This document shows, piece by piece, positions 1-14,669 of a stretch of DNA of 64,000 bases (its first letter is position 1; the number at the start of each line of letters is the position of its first letter). A program made the translations under genes and the position numbers. This DNA comes from Lama glama. Taxonomy: Eukaryota. Under the pieces are notes generated by a model. It saw only the letters and a program-made list of their open reading frames with translations. It ran no database searches and was not told the DNA's origin. The stretch lies in assembly GCA_028534125.1 (NCBI GenBank), contig CM052818.1, positions 25,422,001 to 25,486,000 on the forward strand, in the 5' to 3' direction.

Positions 1-1389
1 CATCACCCATGCTATATTTTATAGACATTCCCCTAAGAGGGCTACGTGGGTCCTTCTGTTATAGCAGGCTGACTATGTTGGCGGTCTGGTAGGTTGCCAG
101 GCCCTGCCTTGTGCTGCTGGCTGTTCTCTAGTGTGACCTGTTTATGGAACCCTAGGGGGTCCTGGAGCTAGTGCTGTCTCACTGGTGGGTGGAGACAGAG
201 TCCTGAAGATTCTGGAGCTGTTGCCCCCTGACGGGAAGGTGAAGCCAGATCCTAGCGTTAGGCAGGCAGAGCTGGTTCCTGGAGTCTGGCTGCAGGGTCC
301 AGGGATCCCAGCTTATGTTTTAGGTCATTTGGGCAGAGAGGAGGAGGAGGGAGCAATTCCTGACAGTTGGGAATGGGATCTGGGGTGTGTTGGCCTACTA
401 ATGGGCTGGGCCAGGGCCCAACTGGTCCCAGGGTAGGGTCTGGCCTGCATTACAGGATTGTAGTTTTCTTGCTACTGGTGTCTGCCCCTCAGTGGGTTAG
501 GCTAGTCTAGAGGCTTGTGCAGGCTTCCTGGGAGGCGGGACTGGTACCTGCCCTATGGTGTGTGAAGCTGTATCTTGGCCCTCTGATGGGAGGGCCAGGT
601 CTAGGGGCATGTCTAGAATCGGTTGTAGGCTCAGGAAGTCTTTAGGAGTCTGTTTGTTGATGGGCGGTGCTATGTCCCTACCCAGTTAGTTATTTGACCT
701 GAGGCATCCCAGCCACTGGAGCTTACAGGCTATTGGGTTAGGCCAGGGCTTGGTGCTTTTGAACCAATATGACAGCCACCAGGAGAGTTCATATGATTAA
801 ATGTTCCCCATTATGTCTGCCACCAGTGTCTGTGTTCCTAGGATGAGCCTTTGCCAGCCCCTGCTTCTTCAGGAGACGCCACGTACAGCAGGTGGATCAG
901 GCCTAGGATCCTATCAAATTACTGCTTTTGACCAGGGTCCTGGTACACATGAGATTTTGTGTGTGCCCTTAAGCGTGAAATCTCTATTTCCCCCAGTCTT
1001 GTGGGGCTCCTGCAGTTAAGTCCCACTGGTCTTCAAAGCCAAATTCTCTGGGGGCTCATCTTTCCAGTGCCAGATCCCCCGGCTGGGGAGCCGGACATGG
1101 GGTTCAGAACTTCCACTCCTGTGGGAGAACCTCTCTAATATGAATATGCTTTACTTAGGTTGTGGATCACCCATTCTGGGAGAGTATGGGATTTGATTAT
1201 ATTGCAAGTCTGCCCCTCCTACCAGTCTCATTCTGGATCCTCCTTTATGCCTTTATTTGTAGAAGATCTTTTCTGGTAGGTTCTAGTCTTTTTCATCAGT
1301 AGTGGTTCTACAGATAGTTGTGATTTTAGTGTGCTCATGAGAGGAAGGAAGCTCAGGGTGTTTCTAGTTTGCTATCTTGTCCTCTCTCC
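1..1389 (-). mobile_element. LINE-1 5' UTR region, antisense, including the element's 5' end
   Basis: GC-rich block with L1 5'-type motifs (ttcaaagccaaattctctgggggctcatc..., ctcctgtgggagaacct); reverse complement begins GGAGAGAGGACAAGATAGC, resembling the L1 5' AAGATGGC start; abrupt switch to AT-rich DNA after ~1390. Confidence 0.7.
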
Positions 1390-2748
1390 TCAGTAATAGA
1401 CTTTAATTCATGAAACTTTCATTGATCATTCTTCCTTGGGCTTCTTTTATTTTAAAGTATGTGTAAGATAATTGTAAAAAGAATTTAACTTGTTCTGTAT
1501 AATTAAATTTGCCACTACAAGAGATAATTTTTTCATCTTGGCCTTTCCACATTCAAGGCATCTTTTTTGACCCTACCAGTCTTTTCCCACACATTCTGAC
1601 CTTTCGTATTACGTCCCAAATATACAGCTCCAGGAGTAAATACATAATAACTAAGCTTAAAATGTGTTCTTCATTATTATTACTTTCCCTTTCTTGCCTT
1701 CTCTTTTATCATTCTTGATTTTCCTTCTCCTTCTTTCTCCAAACAGTAAACTTGGAATTAGGTGGATAAAATTCAAATGAGAAGGGATTCTGTCTTTTTT
1801 TTTCTTCCATCTCAGCCTCTGCCTACAGTTTGCCTTTGTAATTCTACTGATGATTTTTTTTTTCAAAGATCTATGTTAAGTAGATCTAGAATTGTTAGAT
1901 TGAGTTCAGCTTCTATTCTGTTCTGCTGCTTTTCTGTACATCAGTGCTTTTTAGACTCTAGGTCATCACTCATTAGTAAGTCATAAATTCACTTTAGTGT
2001 ATTGTCCAATTAACATCTTTGTAAGTGAATAGTAAATATCAATGCATTGCATATAATAGTAGAATGTTTTGTTTTATGAAACTTTGTTCCAGTTTACTAT
2101 GTATATAACGTTTGTACTCGTGATTACACCTATTCAGTTAACCATGGGTTAAACCCATCAGTGTGAAAATTTTAATTGGGAATCATGGTAAAATTACTGT
2201 TGTCTCTTAATTGTCATTTTTGGACTTGCAGGTCTATGGTATTGACTTGGAAAAAGGCAAAGAATCCTTGTTTTAGGTGCTCTTTTTCACCTTTTCCCTC
2301 TTCCTTTTTTCAGTCCTTTTTTGCCTGCTGATCTTCCCCAGAATTTTAGACCTTCATGTATAGCTATTCAAGTAGGCATTTGAAAAAGTTTGTAAACTCC
2401 ATTTTCAGCTATACTATTTTCTTTCATTAGAATTAAAATGTATACTTCTTATATTTGGCAGATGACTTAGCCTTGAGCATAGATGAAGAAAAAAATTTAT
2501 TAAACTTGAATGGGTTAAACTATTTTCAATTTATGAATTTGTTCCTAACATTTCCTGAAATCAGTGTTCCCTTTTCCCCCAGAATATCATATAACAATCT
2601 TTATTTTCCATTTCAATAGCAACTGCAAGACTTTAAATTTACATTCATAATCAAAAGTGATGTTTAATTTTATCTAGTAGTTTTTGCATATTACTATTTT
2701 CTAGTTAAATTTGGAGTAATTCAAAATACTGGTGTTAAAATTATGTAA

Positions 2749-2764
2749 TAGCGACCTCTACTGG
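2749..2764 (-). promoter_or_regulatory. Candidate CTCF site
   Basis: Reverse complement CCAGTAGAGGTCGCTA, close to the CTCF core; CpG retained in an AT-rich non-repeat context. Confidence 0.45.
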
Positions 2765-3461
2765 TTTTAATTTTGCTATCCTCAAAGTGAGTTTTTAAAA
2801 CTACAGAGTATGAAAGTACTTTTTGTTTGAAGTGAATTACATTAGTTTACATTAATGTGAGTTCTTTCACTTTCAGTGGAACTTCTAACTGAACAAGTGC
2901 TGGACATTAAAATGAAATATTTTGTTAAAAATTAATGACCTGTGGATGTGGATGACTGAAACTCTAATAATAAGCTACAGTATATCCAAATTGCTATTAC
3001 TAATCTAAACCCCTGATTTCCATGACTTATAAATAGTTTTGAAGTCAAGTGCCTTTGCATGATGGATAAAGAAAAAAATTCTTAGAGATTTCAAGTGCAG
3101 AATGCTATTTTAGCTTGTAATTGGTGTTGAAAGTAAGGACAAATGAGAACTAGGTTTAGGTATTTGCCTCTTGAGCTTAGGTCTTGTTCCTTGAAATTTT
3201 ATGTAAGTAGTGTTTAAAATAGCGTCCATGTATCCTTGTCATTAGCTTTATTCACAGTGAAATTGAAATTCAGAATGTGATCCCCTCCCAGATAATACAA
3301 GGAATGTTTAGTCTCTTAATTGCCTAGTTAAGAAAGTAGGATACTGGCGGTTAGTTTTCTCTAGCTTAGGTATGTTTGTAGTATCACTTATACCACATGT
3401 GAAAAGCTTGCTTTTAGTACTCTTTGATTTTAAGAGTAAGTTGTAAGTGAGCGCTACTTAA

Positions 3462-3662
<201 letters not shown>

Positions 3663-4862
3663 TAAAAGCAAAATATAACCCATGATTTTTAAACACAAAT
3701 AATAATTTTATGGCTAATAGAGTCAACTGAAGAGTGACATTATCTCATTTTAATTTTTCCAGTAACTTACATCATAGGGAGGGGAGATATGATAATAGGC
3801 AAGTGTAAGTTGGGCAACATGAGGTAAAGAAATTTCATACCAACAGTAATACTCAAGCGAATTGAAAGGATTAAGAAAAGTTCTGTAATTGTGGATTTTG
3901 TTCATCACGTGTTACTACAACCTCAAAGAGAACTTGTAAAACTCTTTTCTTTTCAGTTAGACCTAAGTGCCCTTATAATCCTTCAGATCTTAATGCTTCA
4001 CTTCATTAAATATGTAGGGTCCTACGTGAGACTGCCCTAAGGCTGTGTGTAATCTTTGAACAAAAATCCCCTAAAGATCCCCTAAACTATCTAGTCATAT
4101 TTGTCATGTAAATTAGTCAGTCAGACAGTTGAATCTCTCTGAAACTAATAGAAAGAATAACTGCTGGAAACTCTAGCAGTTTCTGTTTTATTTAGTACAA
4201 TGACAAACTATTGATTAACTCTCACACCAAAAATATAAGTATTATAATTTAAACCTTAGTAATACTTCTGATACTTTTGTATGTATTGTAATGCAATCAA
4301 AATGCTAATGATTGCATGCATTAGCTCTAAGTTTTATTACTCAACAGAGTTAATTATTATCTCCAGTTTGTTGGTAAAGTAACTAAGGCAGAAAGTGATT
4401 AAATAACTTTTAGTCCAAGTTCCCAGGACTCTAAGTGATAGTGTTAGGATATCCAAGTCTTTCTGATCTTTTCCAAGATATAAGGCTGAACACTTGGATG
4501 ATTAAGACTATTAAAAGGTTACGTTTTGTCCTTTGTTATTTGATTAAAAATATCTGCCTGTATCTTACTAACTGGTCTGAGGAAGTAAGTGTAAGTTATA
4601 GAACATTACTAAGCTATTGGTAGTTGTGTACTTCTTATAATTCTTTTCATGATTTTTATAGCTATGCATTTAACTATATTCTAAGAGAATTAACAAATTG
4701 AAGTATATGCATGCTGCTTTAATGATTCTGAATGTTGAATTTAAAAGTCTAGTTGTGGATATAATTTTAATTTATTAATACATCCATATTACTATAAACA
4801 GTTAATAGTTTTTACATATTCTTAAAGGTAAGTGCAGCCTGTCCCCAACTCTAAGTAAACTT

Positions 4863-4968
4863 CTTTTTTAAGAATTAATGTATAGTTGATTGACTATATT
4901 AGTTTTACATGTACAACGTAGTGTTCAATATTTTTATAGATTATACACCATTAATGTTATAAATATTA
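4863..4968 (-). mobile_element. Short truncated L1 3' end with TSD
   Basis: T-tract then tatagttgat...gtacaacgtagtgttcaatatttttatagattatacacc; flanked by TAAGTAAACTT (4852-4862) and TAAGTAGACTT (4969-4979). Confidence 0.6.
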
Positions 4969-5560
4969 TAAGTAGACTTATTTCACAGGTTTTTTTCCCT
5001 TAATTGGATTGTTTAGAAAATAGAATTTGTTTTCCTATAGGATCTGGTCAGTCCCACAAAAGCCCATACTCTCTTTGAAGTCTAATAAAGGACTGTTTAA
5101 CATGCTGTTAATAACTACTGTTGTTCAGCAGGACATAGCATGAATTTTTTTCCATAGATACAATCCAGATACCAGGAATGTGGCACTAGGGCTTTGGGAA
5201 GTGCAGGTTCCTTTGGATAGAAGGATAGTAGTATAAAGATAGTACATATTCTCAGATATCAATAGTATGTTAACTCTTGTTTTGCATAAAGAAAAATACC
5301 TCTTTTGTCATGGTTAATTCCAGGTGTTCTGAATTAGGTAACCATGGGCATTTCTCCCCTCCCCTAAACTTGGGCTTCCTTCCTGGATTAGGGATTATCT
5401 GTTTAGTTATCTGTACTTCTTCAGTATTTTACATGATCATAGGTAATTTTGCCTTACCGTTTCTTAGCTTACATTTTCAAATAGCAATATACTTATTATT
5501 CCTAGATGAACCACTTAAAATTAAGTGCTGCTGATAATCACAGGCCTCAGTAAAAGTTAA

Positions 5561-5818
<258 letters not shown>

Positions 5819-6264
5819 TGATCTTTATATTTTGTTCTTAAATTTTTATTCGTGACTTCTTGGGTGCTAACATATTATTCAGACAGAATAAAATTGTGTA
5901 TTTTGTGTTAGGGCATACTTTTAAGTAACCTAATAGCAAGAACTCAAGAGGTTACTTTATGGAAATAAAAGTATTACTTAAAATTAAAATGTGTTTAAAC
6001 ATGTCATGCAGCTTTTCTTTTATGTGTTGCTACATGTAGGGTTAATAACAGTAATAGTCTATTATTAGCAAATTTCTTAAATTTTATTTGGATTAGAAGA
6101 CTTAGAAGGTTTTGGATTTACACGAAAACAATTTTTGAAAATGTAAAAATACTAAACTTCTGACAGTTTTATTTCAATACCTAGCTTTCTTTAAATACTG
6201 CTTGTATGGTTTTATTATGATAATATTAAGAGTAAATATTTATTGAAAGTTAAGCATATATGTG

Positions 6265-6447
6265 ACATATCTCATTTGGTCCTTATGTGCCCCTCTAAGG
6301 TAGCTGCTCTTACCTACATTTTATAAAAGGGAAGCTAAGTTCAGAGAGAAAAAGAAATTGGTCCAGAATTTTCCGAGAAGTTTCAAAGCTTTGACTTGAA
6401 CTCCAGGTCTGAGTCTAAAGCTCTTAGTCATTGCACTATACTGCCAC
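6265..6447 (-). mobile_element. MIR
   Basis: cattttataaaaggggaagctaagttcagagag...cttgaactccaggtctgagtctaaagc...cactatactgcc MIR core. Confidence 0.55.
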
Positions 6448-7165
6448 AGTATTTTCATTTTATAAAAGTGACTTTTCAGGAAAGAAAATATTTCCTAATG
6501 AAGCGTTTTAGTCCACTTTTACCCACTGTTACTGATTTGGAATATTCTTTCTGATTACTGAATCTGCTTAAATATGCTTTAGTATTTATTTGTTCTTCCA
6601 GAATGTGAACAAGTAGAATAAGAATTACCTGATCTGCAAAAGAATTTCAAATGTTTTGATATTTTTAGTGATAAGTATTTGACTTTAAAATAATTACTTT
6701 TCAATGAATATAAAATATTTGATACTTTGAAATGAAACAATAAATAAAATATTTTTTAGTGCATAGTTTGTGCTCACACAGGGAAGAGATGCAAGAGTAG
6801 TGTAAAAAGGTTCTAGAATTGAAGATGGGGTATTTATATTTTTGAAACAAGCAGAAAGTAATACAAGATGAAATACTAATTTATTGTGTTATTGGGATAA
6901 TTCTGTGGAAATTCATGGAAGGGGAAAGATGAGATTCAGCAAGAGTAATAAAAGTAGACTTCTTGGATAAAAACAGGACTTGATTTGATCAGTCTCTAAA
7001 AAACTTAGGCAAAGAGGCCAGCTAGAAGGCTGTAAGAATTATTTAAATATGAATTATGTGAGACCCTGGAATGAGGTGGTGATGCCAATGGTATGAAACA
7101 GGAAACTAAGAGAGAAATCTAAGACAGGATTTGGAGCAAATTGGAAGTAATAGGTTAGCATGAGA

Positions 7166-7181
7166 GACAGACAGACAGACA
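7166..7181 (+). repeat. (GACA)4 microsatellite
   Basis: gacagacagacagaca. Confidence 0.7.
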
Positions 7182-7412
7182 GATACTGATATTGACAGAG
7201 AATTTGGAAGAGGCAGTTTGTGATATTAGGTGTAGAATTCTGTGTCACAGAAGCCGTGGAGGCGCCAGTGGCATTATATCCAAGAAGAGGTAATTTTATG
7301 CCTGCTTTTTATCATTTAAGAACTATTTTCAAATAATAACTTTAGAGTGCTTAACTTCAAATTTGACTATAGGTTCATATTTTATTACACTTTTTTAAAT
7401 ATCTCTATGTAG

Positions 7413-7673
<261 letters not shown>

Positions 7674-8120
7674 TGACAACTCAGGTATAGTTCATGATTT
7701 GAATTTGTATAGTTCATGATTGCTAATTGGCCCATTTTTTTTTTAAAGTTGTGGGATTTAATTCATTGCAACTATGATTACAAATAAAATTGCTACGACA
7801 GGTTCAATAAGTTAAACATCAGAAATTAAGAGACAAAATCCAAACTTAGACTGATTGTATAAGTACAAATAAATTCACAGAATCTTCTAAATATTCCAAA
7901 GAATAAAACCTCTTGTTTAGGTGGAAGATTTTTGTGTTTAAGTTGATTCATTTGCATCACTGAACCAATACTTCATCAGTGCTGCCTGCGTTGTTAGGCT
8001 CCATACTTGGCAGTGGGGATTTAAAGATGAATATAGAACAGTTTCTTCCCTCAGGTTTAGTCTTGACGAGACTGAGATGTAAACTTAAATTTAAATTGCA
8101 GTACAATGTGGTAATTACCA

Positions 8121-8212
8121 GCTGTGGGGATATAGCTCAGGGTTAGAGCATATGCTTAGTGTGCGCAAGGTCCTGAGTTCAATCCCTAATACCTCCATTA
8201 AAAAAAAAAATC
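8121..8212 (+). mobile_element. tRNA-derived SINE (camelid Vic-1 type, short) with 18-bp TSD
   Basis: A box tatagctcagggttag, B box gagttcaatcc, A-tail; perfect TSD ACAATGTGGTAATTACCA at 8103-8120 and 8213-8230. Confidence 0.9.
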
Positions 8213-8519
8213 ACAATGTGGTAATTACCATAACAGAAGTATGACAACGGTATTTTGGGGAGCACAAAGGAAGAAGCCAATAACTTTGAAAATTAGAGAA
8301 CGATTACTGATCTTACAATAGTAGTCAAACCAACATAACTGGGTCCTGGAGAAATGCTAAGTGAGAATAGTTGAGATTGTCTGAGGGAGGTTGCATTCTA
8401 GTAATTTCTGGAACTGAAGCTACATAGGTGACTCATGGAGACGCGGTGCTCACTACAGAGGCTAAGATTGGGGCTCAAGTTATGGCAATAAATGAACAAT
8501 GAAAAATAAAGGAGTAGAT

Positions 8520-9200
8520 TATGAGTTGCACAAACCTGAAAGTATGGTAAAAACCATTGAATTCTTCACTTTAAATGGGTGAATTGCATGATATGTAAAT
8601 ATATTTTAATAAAATTGTTTTAAAAAATAAAGGGGTAAAGGATAGGCAAAGATTTCTTAGGACACAAAAATTAAGAACTGTAAAATAAAGTAATGAATTG
8701 GATTTCAGTAAAATGAAAAATTTGCTATTCATTGTCAGAAAAATAAAACGTAAGCCACAAATTAGTAGAACCTATCTGAAATACTTACATCTAACAAAGG
8801 ACTTGTATCCAGAAAAAAGAACTATTGCCATTCAATAATTAGAAAAACAGCCTGCTGTTTTTAATTGGGCAAAAAATTTGAACACTTTATAAAAGAAGAT
8901 ATATCAGTGACCAAAAAGTACATCGAAGATGCTCAACATCAGTAGTCATAAGGAAAATGCAAATTAAGACCATAATGAGATACGACTACACACTCATTAG
9001 AAAAGATAAAATTAAAAAGAGTGCCAGTACCAAATGTTGAAAAGAATGTAGAGCAACTGTTTGTGGAAATATAAAATCCCCACATTGCTCGTGAACGCAT
9101 AATTGTTAAAAATACTTAGGAAAAGAGTTTGAGTTTCATATAATAGTAGCTGTAAACTAGCCATACTAGTTAGTAATTCCACTACAAAATCACACTTGGA
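8520..9200 (+). mobile_element. Old L1M fragments (3' end and ORF2 tail)
   Basis: cactttaaatgggtgaattg...; aagatgctcaacatcagtagtcataaggaaaatgcaaattaagaccataatgagatac. Confidence 0.7.
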
Positions 9201-9209
9201 TAAAACATT

Positions 9210-10005
9210 CAAAGTTCAAACTAGAACAGTGGATTTTAATGTATCAGTACAAAATTTATATTGTTTCGGATTCCACATTGCAGCTAATGTTTACGAAACT
9301 ACCATTCATTGACTTTTGTATGATATCATAAAAGGATATTCACTCCATATGTATGAAAGGTCCAAGATAGGCAAACCCATAGAGATAGAAAGTAGATTAA
9401 TTGGTGCCAGAGACTGGGGGTTGGGTTGGAGGGGGAAGAATGGCGAGTGCTCCTCATGGATACAGCCTTTCTTTTTGGGGCGATGAAGATGTTCTAGAAT
9501 TTGATAGTGAATATGTGAAAACCATTGAGTAGCTTTAAAAGGGTATGTGACTTATATCTCAGTAAAGAAACAATACAGAAAAAGAAAAGAATGCCCACAG
9601 TTATTTGAATAGACTGTTAAAATACCACTCCCTTTTCCAACTACATGTCTTTGCAAAGCTAGATTTCTCCATATGCTTTAACCAAAACAGTGTATCACAA
9701 AAGATTGACTGAAGAAATATTAATGAAAAGCCAGGTATCTTCTATTAAGATAGATGTTAGAGGTTTGCAAAAATGTAAAACAATGCCTTTCTTTTAAGTT
9801 TTTTTGTTTGTTTTAGAAAAACATAGTTTTCATAAAAGTGTTATTTATTATCATTTTTAAGTGAATTAAATGCTTTATAATTTTCATGGTTTTAGTTTCT
9901 AATATAACATTGATAGATATAATTATAAACAAAAGCCCTTTTGACTTTTGAGTAATTTTTAAGAGTGTGAAAGAGTTTTGAGACCAAAACGTTGGAGAAC
10001 AAGTG
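9210..10005 (+). mobile_element. Charlie1-like hAT DNA transposon, interrupted by an L1MB-like 3' fragment (~9345-9590)
   Basis: gattccacattgcagctaa...; ctcccttttccaactacatgtctttg...; terminal gagaccaaaacgttggagaacaagtg; the insert has ataggcaaacccatagagatagaaagtagatt. Confidence 0.7.
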
Positions 10006-10075
10006 ATGTAGAGAAATGTATTTGCAAATTGTACATCTTTCCAAAAAGGATTCTTTAATTGTCTTACATTTGTAA

Positions 10076-10381
<306 letters not shown>

Positions 10382-10834
10382 TAGCAGGCCTTACATTTGC
10401 ATTAAAATTGGGATCTTAATTCTTGTTTCCAGCTAACATAGGTATTAACTGCTGACTAATAATTGTACTCAACTCTTTTTTTTTAATTTCATGCAAAATC
10501 TTTTACTTCTGATGCCATGAGTTTACAAAGCACATTAACCCTTGATGAGCGTGATATGTTAGTTAATTGTTTAACAACTCATGATGAAATGAAATTCTCA
10601 AGCCATCTTTCTAAAATATAACAGTTCATTTTCTAGTATAGTACTGTAACTCAGCTGTATTACTCCTTCATAAGACCGTTATCAACATTCGTTTCTGTTA
10701 TTTTATGAAACATAAAGTAGTCTCTCATCCGATATGAAAAAGCATATCCCACAGAGGGAAGCATTGACAGCTGACAGTTAATCTTCTATCTCACATAGCA
10801 AAGCTAAGAAAAGTTGGTGAATGCCCTGTCAATG

Positions 10835-11070
10835 AAGAGGCCATAGAACTTGGACCTGAGGTCAGATCACTGTGCTCCACTCTAAACTCTGCTGTTCGTT
10901 AGTTGTGTGTGACCATGGGCAATTTATTTCACATCTCTAAACCTCCTTATCTATGTTTGTAAAATAAGGATATTAATAAGACTCAGGATTTCTGTGAAGA
11001 TTAAGTAAAATAGCCTACCTGAAATATTTAACCACCCTCATACAATTACTCAATATATGATAACTGTGCA
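10835..11070 (+). mobile_element. MIR
   Basis: tgtgtgaccatgggcaatttatttcacatctctaaacctc...tgtaaaataaggata...tgtgaagattaag. Confidence 0.6.
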
Positions 11071-11899
11071 TTCTTATTTAGAATAGGATGGATGATGTGA
11101 CTAGGAAAATCAAGTCCAGGACCTAAGTGATTCAGATATCATGGGAGTAGAAAAATAGTAACCCTCTTCTTGATATTTCAACTGTTAAAATATATGAGTT
11201 AGTCCTAATAAATTAGCATTGATAGTCATTCTGAAATTTCTAGCTCTTGCTTTGTTCTCATTCTAAAATCCACTATATATTTTATTGTAACTCAGAGTTG
11301 AGTTTGTAAAACAAAAAGCTTAAGACTTTCAAGCAAAATAATTTGCTAGTTTAAGCTTCACTACAGTCCTTCAGTCTTACTTCAAACACATAGATGTCAT
11401 AAAGTATTAAAAGAAAAAAAAGGAATATACGTAATTAGACTCAAAAACAAGATCAGAAATGGAACATACTTTAAGGTAGTGAGCTCTGGTAACTGAGTAT
11501 TTAGCTTTAAAGGATAATGAGGACTAAATGGGCTCCATGAAAGTGAGCAAGATTTCTTACTCTAAGGCCCTGACTGTAATAAGATGCTGGGGAAATCTGC
11601 TAACCTGCTACCTATAAGATTTTATAGAAAATTGTGGACTGGAGGTAGAGGACAAAAATCCTACATTATAACTAATTTACCTTAAAACTTAACACAGCAT
11701 CCCATGATATTAAGCCAGTATGATCACAGAGCCCAAGACCCAAAAGTCATTTTAAGATTTAAGAGCAGGTTCTGGTCTGGAAGAGTGTTTATAAAGAAAT
11801 GGGAAAGGAAAAAAGGAAATCAGAAGTTAAAAGCCTCCCCCTAAGAAGCCTGTAATACAGAATTCCAAAATATAAGACAAATATTAATACTTTGAATGA

Positions 11900-13400
11900 T
11901 ACCGAACAAAATCAACTATTAGAATATGAATTCATTCCAGATGAAATTACTTTTATACAATAGATATACAAAGAGTTTAAAAGTTTTGAATGCTCAAAGA
12001 GATAAATGAAGGAATATGATTCATTTATAAAGAAAACATTGTGAAACAAAACAAGCGGAAAGGAAACAAGACCAAGTAGGTATCAAAAGAAACAATTAGA
12101 GATACTAGGAAATAAATACACAAGCATTGAAGTAAAAGCTCATTATGTAGCATAACATTTGCCAGACCTAGTTCTAGGATAAAATCAGTGAACTGGAAGA
12201 TAAAATTCAGGAATTCACACAATGACACAGAGAGAATATGTGAGAATATGACACAGAGAGACCAAGATAAGAATATGAAAGATCAGCTAAGAGTAGTAAA
12301 GGCTATTCTGAAAGGTTTCAGTATACATCTAAAAGGAATTTCAGACAAAGAATGATGGAGAAGCAATATTTGAAGAGATAAAAATCGAGAATTCTCCAGA
12401 AATGAAGAACATCTGTTCATCAATAGACAAAATTAAGAGAGTGAAAAGACAAGCTATAGACTGGGAGACAATATTTCTAGTATCTGTAACCAATAAAGAA
12501 TTCATATCCAGAATATGTAAAGAACTTCTACAGATCTGTAACTACCAGACAGCTTAGTTTTTTTTTCAAAGACAGACAAAAGATATGAGCAGATATTTCC
12601 TAAAAGAAGAAAAGGTGTTCAACATCATTATTCATTCAGGAAATGTAGTTTAAAACCATGGAGCAGTTGGAACTCTACATTGTTGGTGGAGGGGGTGTAA
12701 ATTGGTACAGACACTGGAGAACTGTTTGGCATATCTGTGAAAGCTGAGCATACAACATACCATGTGATCCAGCAGTTTCACTCTTGGGCATATACCAAAC
12801 GAAAATGAGTGCCTGTGTTTGTCAAAAGACATGTTCAACAATGCCCATGGCAGGTTTATTCATGATGGATAATTTTGTTATATTCATACAGTGAAATGCT
12901 ATATGGCAGTAAAAAAGAGTGAACTACTGATAAAAAACAAAAGGCAACATAATGTTGAGTGAAATAAGAAGACTCAAAATACTACGTAAGTCCGTTTGTA
13001 GGGAGTTCAAAAATACGTTAACAGATCTTTGGTAATAGAGGTTGGAATAATGGTTGACTACAGAGCATGAAGAAGTTTGTCTGAGGTGCTGGATTTCTGT
13101 TTCCTTATCTGGGTGGTGATTACACAGATGGATTGCATACCTAATGTAAAGATTCATCAAATTGCAAAATTCATGTAGGTTGTACCTCAGTTTAACAAAA
13201 AATGAGAGGGAAATGGCGAGGAACAAATAAAAACAGATAGACATTGACCAAGAGACATTACTATCCATAGGCCTTTATTACAAGAAATATTAGAGGATGT
13301 TCTTCAGCCAGAAGGAAAGTTGTACTCTGAGAGAAGTCAAGGAGTACCAGAACTAATGGTGGGAAATGTGTTGGTAAATTTATAAGCTATTGAGTATTTT
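11900..13400 (+). mobile_element. Degraded old L1M fragments (ORF1/ORF2/3' UTR)
   Basis: gagaagcaatatttgaagagataa...; gtgaaaagacaagctatagactgggagacaatattt...; ggtggagggggtgtaaattggtacagacactggagaactgtttggc. Confidence 0.65.
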
Positions 13401-13688
13401 AAAAACCGAAGTATTTTTCTTACTTTAAAAGGAAGGGTTAAACTACACACATAAAATGGGCTTGTATTCATAAGAAAAACTGAACAACTTTAAACTGTAA
13501 TTTAGAAGAATTTATAGATAACAAACTATATTTGATTTTTAAAATGTTTGGGAAAATCACCAGAAGAATAGAGATACTACCTATAGTTTAACAATGTACA
13601 AGAACTATAGTAACACTTCTAAGTATTTCCACTGCTAATAGGAAAGAATAATGAAGCAAAGAAAAGCAATGATAATGAAAACAAAATG

Positions 13689-13857
13689 CAGTCATCTCTC
13701 AGTATCCGTAGGGGATCGGCTCCCGGAAGTCCCCCTCCCATCCCTGCTCTAGTGTCAAAAATCCATAGATGCTCAAATAACCTCATATAAAATGGCATAG
13801 TACAGTTGACCTTCTGTATTGGCCGATGTGGAACCTGCAGATACAGAGGGCCAACTG
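13689..13857. mobile_element. MER2-like Tigger MITE (internally deleted)
   Basis: Imperfect TIRs CAGTCATCTCTCAGTATCCG / gatacagagggccaactg followed by TA. Confidence 0.75.
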
Positions 13858-14359
13858 TAGCATGATACAAATAAATCCAATTACCTTATACTACTACATC
13901 AGTGACTCAGTATATGTAAACTGATGAAACTTGCCTATTTAAAGAAAGTACTTATTTTCGATTTTTAAAGGTCCATTTTATGCAGCTGAGAAAAAGTACA
14001 CATACACATGATATGTGACAGATTACATTATTAATCAATAGAGAAAAAAACAAACTAATTAATAAGTGATGCTGGGTCAAAACTGGTTGTCCATATGGAA
14101 AGAAAATATTTCTTCCTTAGCTCATATCATACACAAAAAGCTCTCAATAGTCTATAAGCATGAACTCAAAATGGATCAGAGACTTAATGTAAAAGCTAAA
14201 ATTAACAAACTCTTAGGAGAAAGCATAGGTAGGTATTCATGACCTTAGCTTTACAAAGGATTCTTAGATGTGACACTGAAATCACAAGCTACAAAAGAAA
14301 AAAATACATAGTTTAGACTTAACATTTAAAACTTTTGTGCTTCAAAGGGCACCATCAAA

Positions 14360-14669
14360 TATGAAGACGAATATATGTGTGTATATGCATGACTGGGTCA
14401 TTGTGCTGTACACCAGAGATTGACACATTATAGTTGCCTGTATTTCAATTTGCTTTACACTCTTTTTTACACTTTTTTTATTGAGTTATAGTCATTTTAC
14501 AATGTTGTGTCAATTTCCACTGTAGAGCACAATTTTTCGGTTATACCTGAACATACGTATATTCATTGTCACATTCTTTTTCTCTGTGAGCTACCACAAG
14601 ATCCTGTATATGTTTCCCCGTGCTATACAGTATAATCTTGTTCATGTACTTCAATTTTTAAAAAAGGGC
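14360..14669 (+). mobile_element. Young L1 3' UTR tail (+) with 15-bp TSD
   Basis: gaatatatgtgtgtatatgcatgactgggtcattgtgctgtacaccagagattgacac; TSD AAGGGCACCATCAAA at 14345-14359 and 14670-14684. Confidence 0.75.
14452..14644 (-). mobile_element. Younger L1 3' UTR tail (-) inserted into the previous element
   Basis: ttttttattgagttatagtcattttacaatgttgtgtc...tgctatacagtataatcttgtt; TSD TGTA(T/C)TTCAATTT at 14439-14451 and 14645-14657. Confidence 0.8.

Noticed and set aside
185..1019. ORFs in the GC-rich 5' block; possible promoter or CpG island
   Set aside because: The block is CpG-depleted and explained by an antisense L1 5' UTR.
8121..8200. tRNA gene-like sequence (also at 50402, 53122, 63777)
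   Set aside because: A-rich tails, TSDs and multiple diverged copies show these are SINEs, not tRNA genes.
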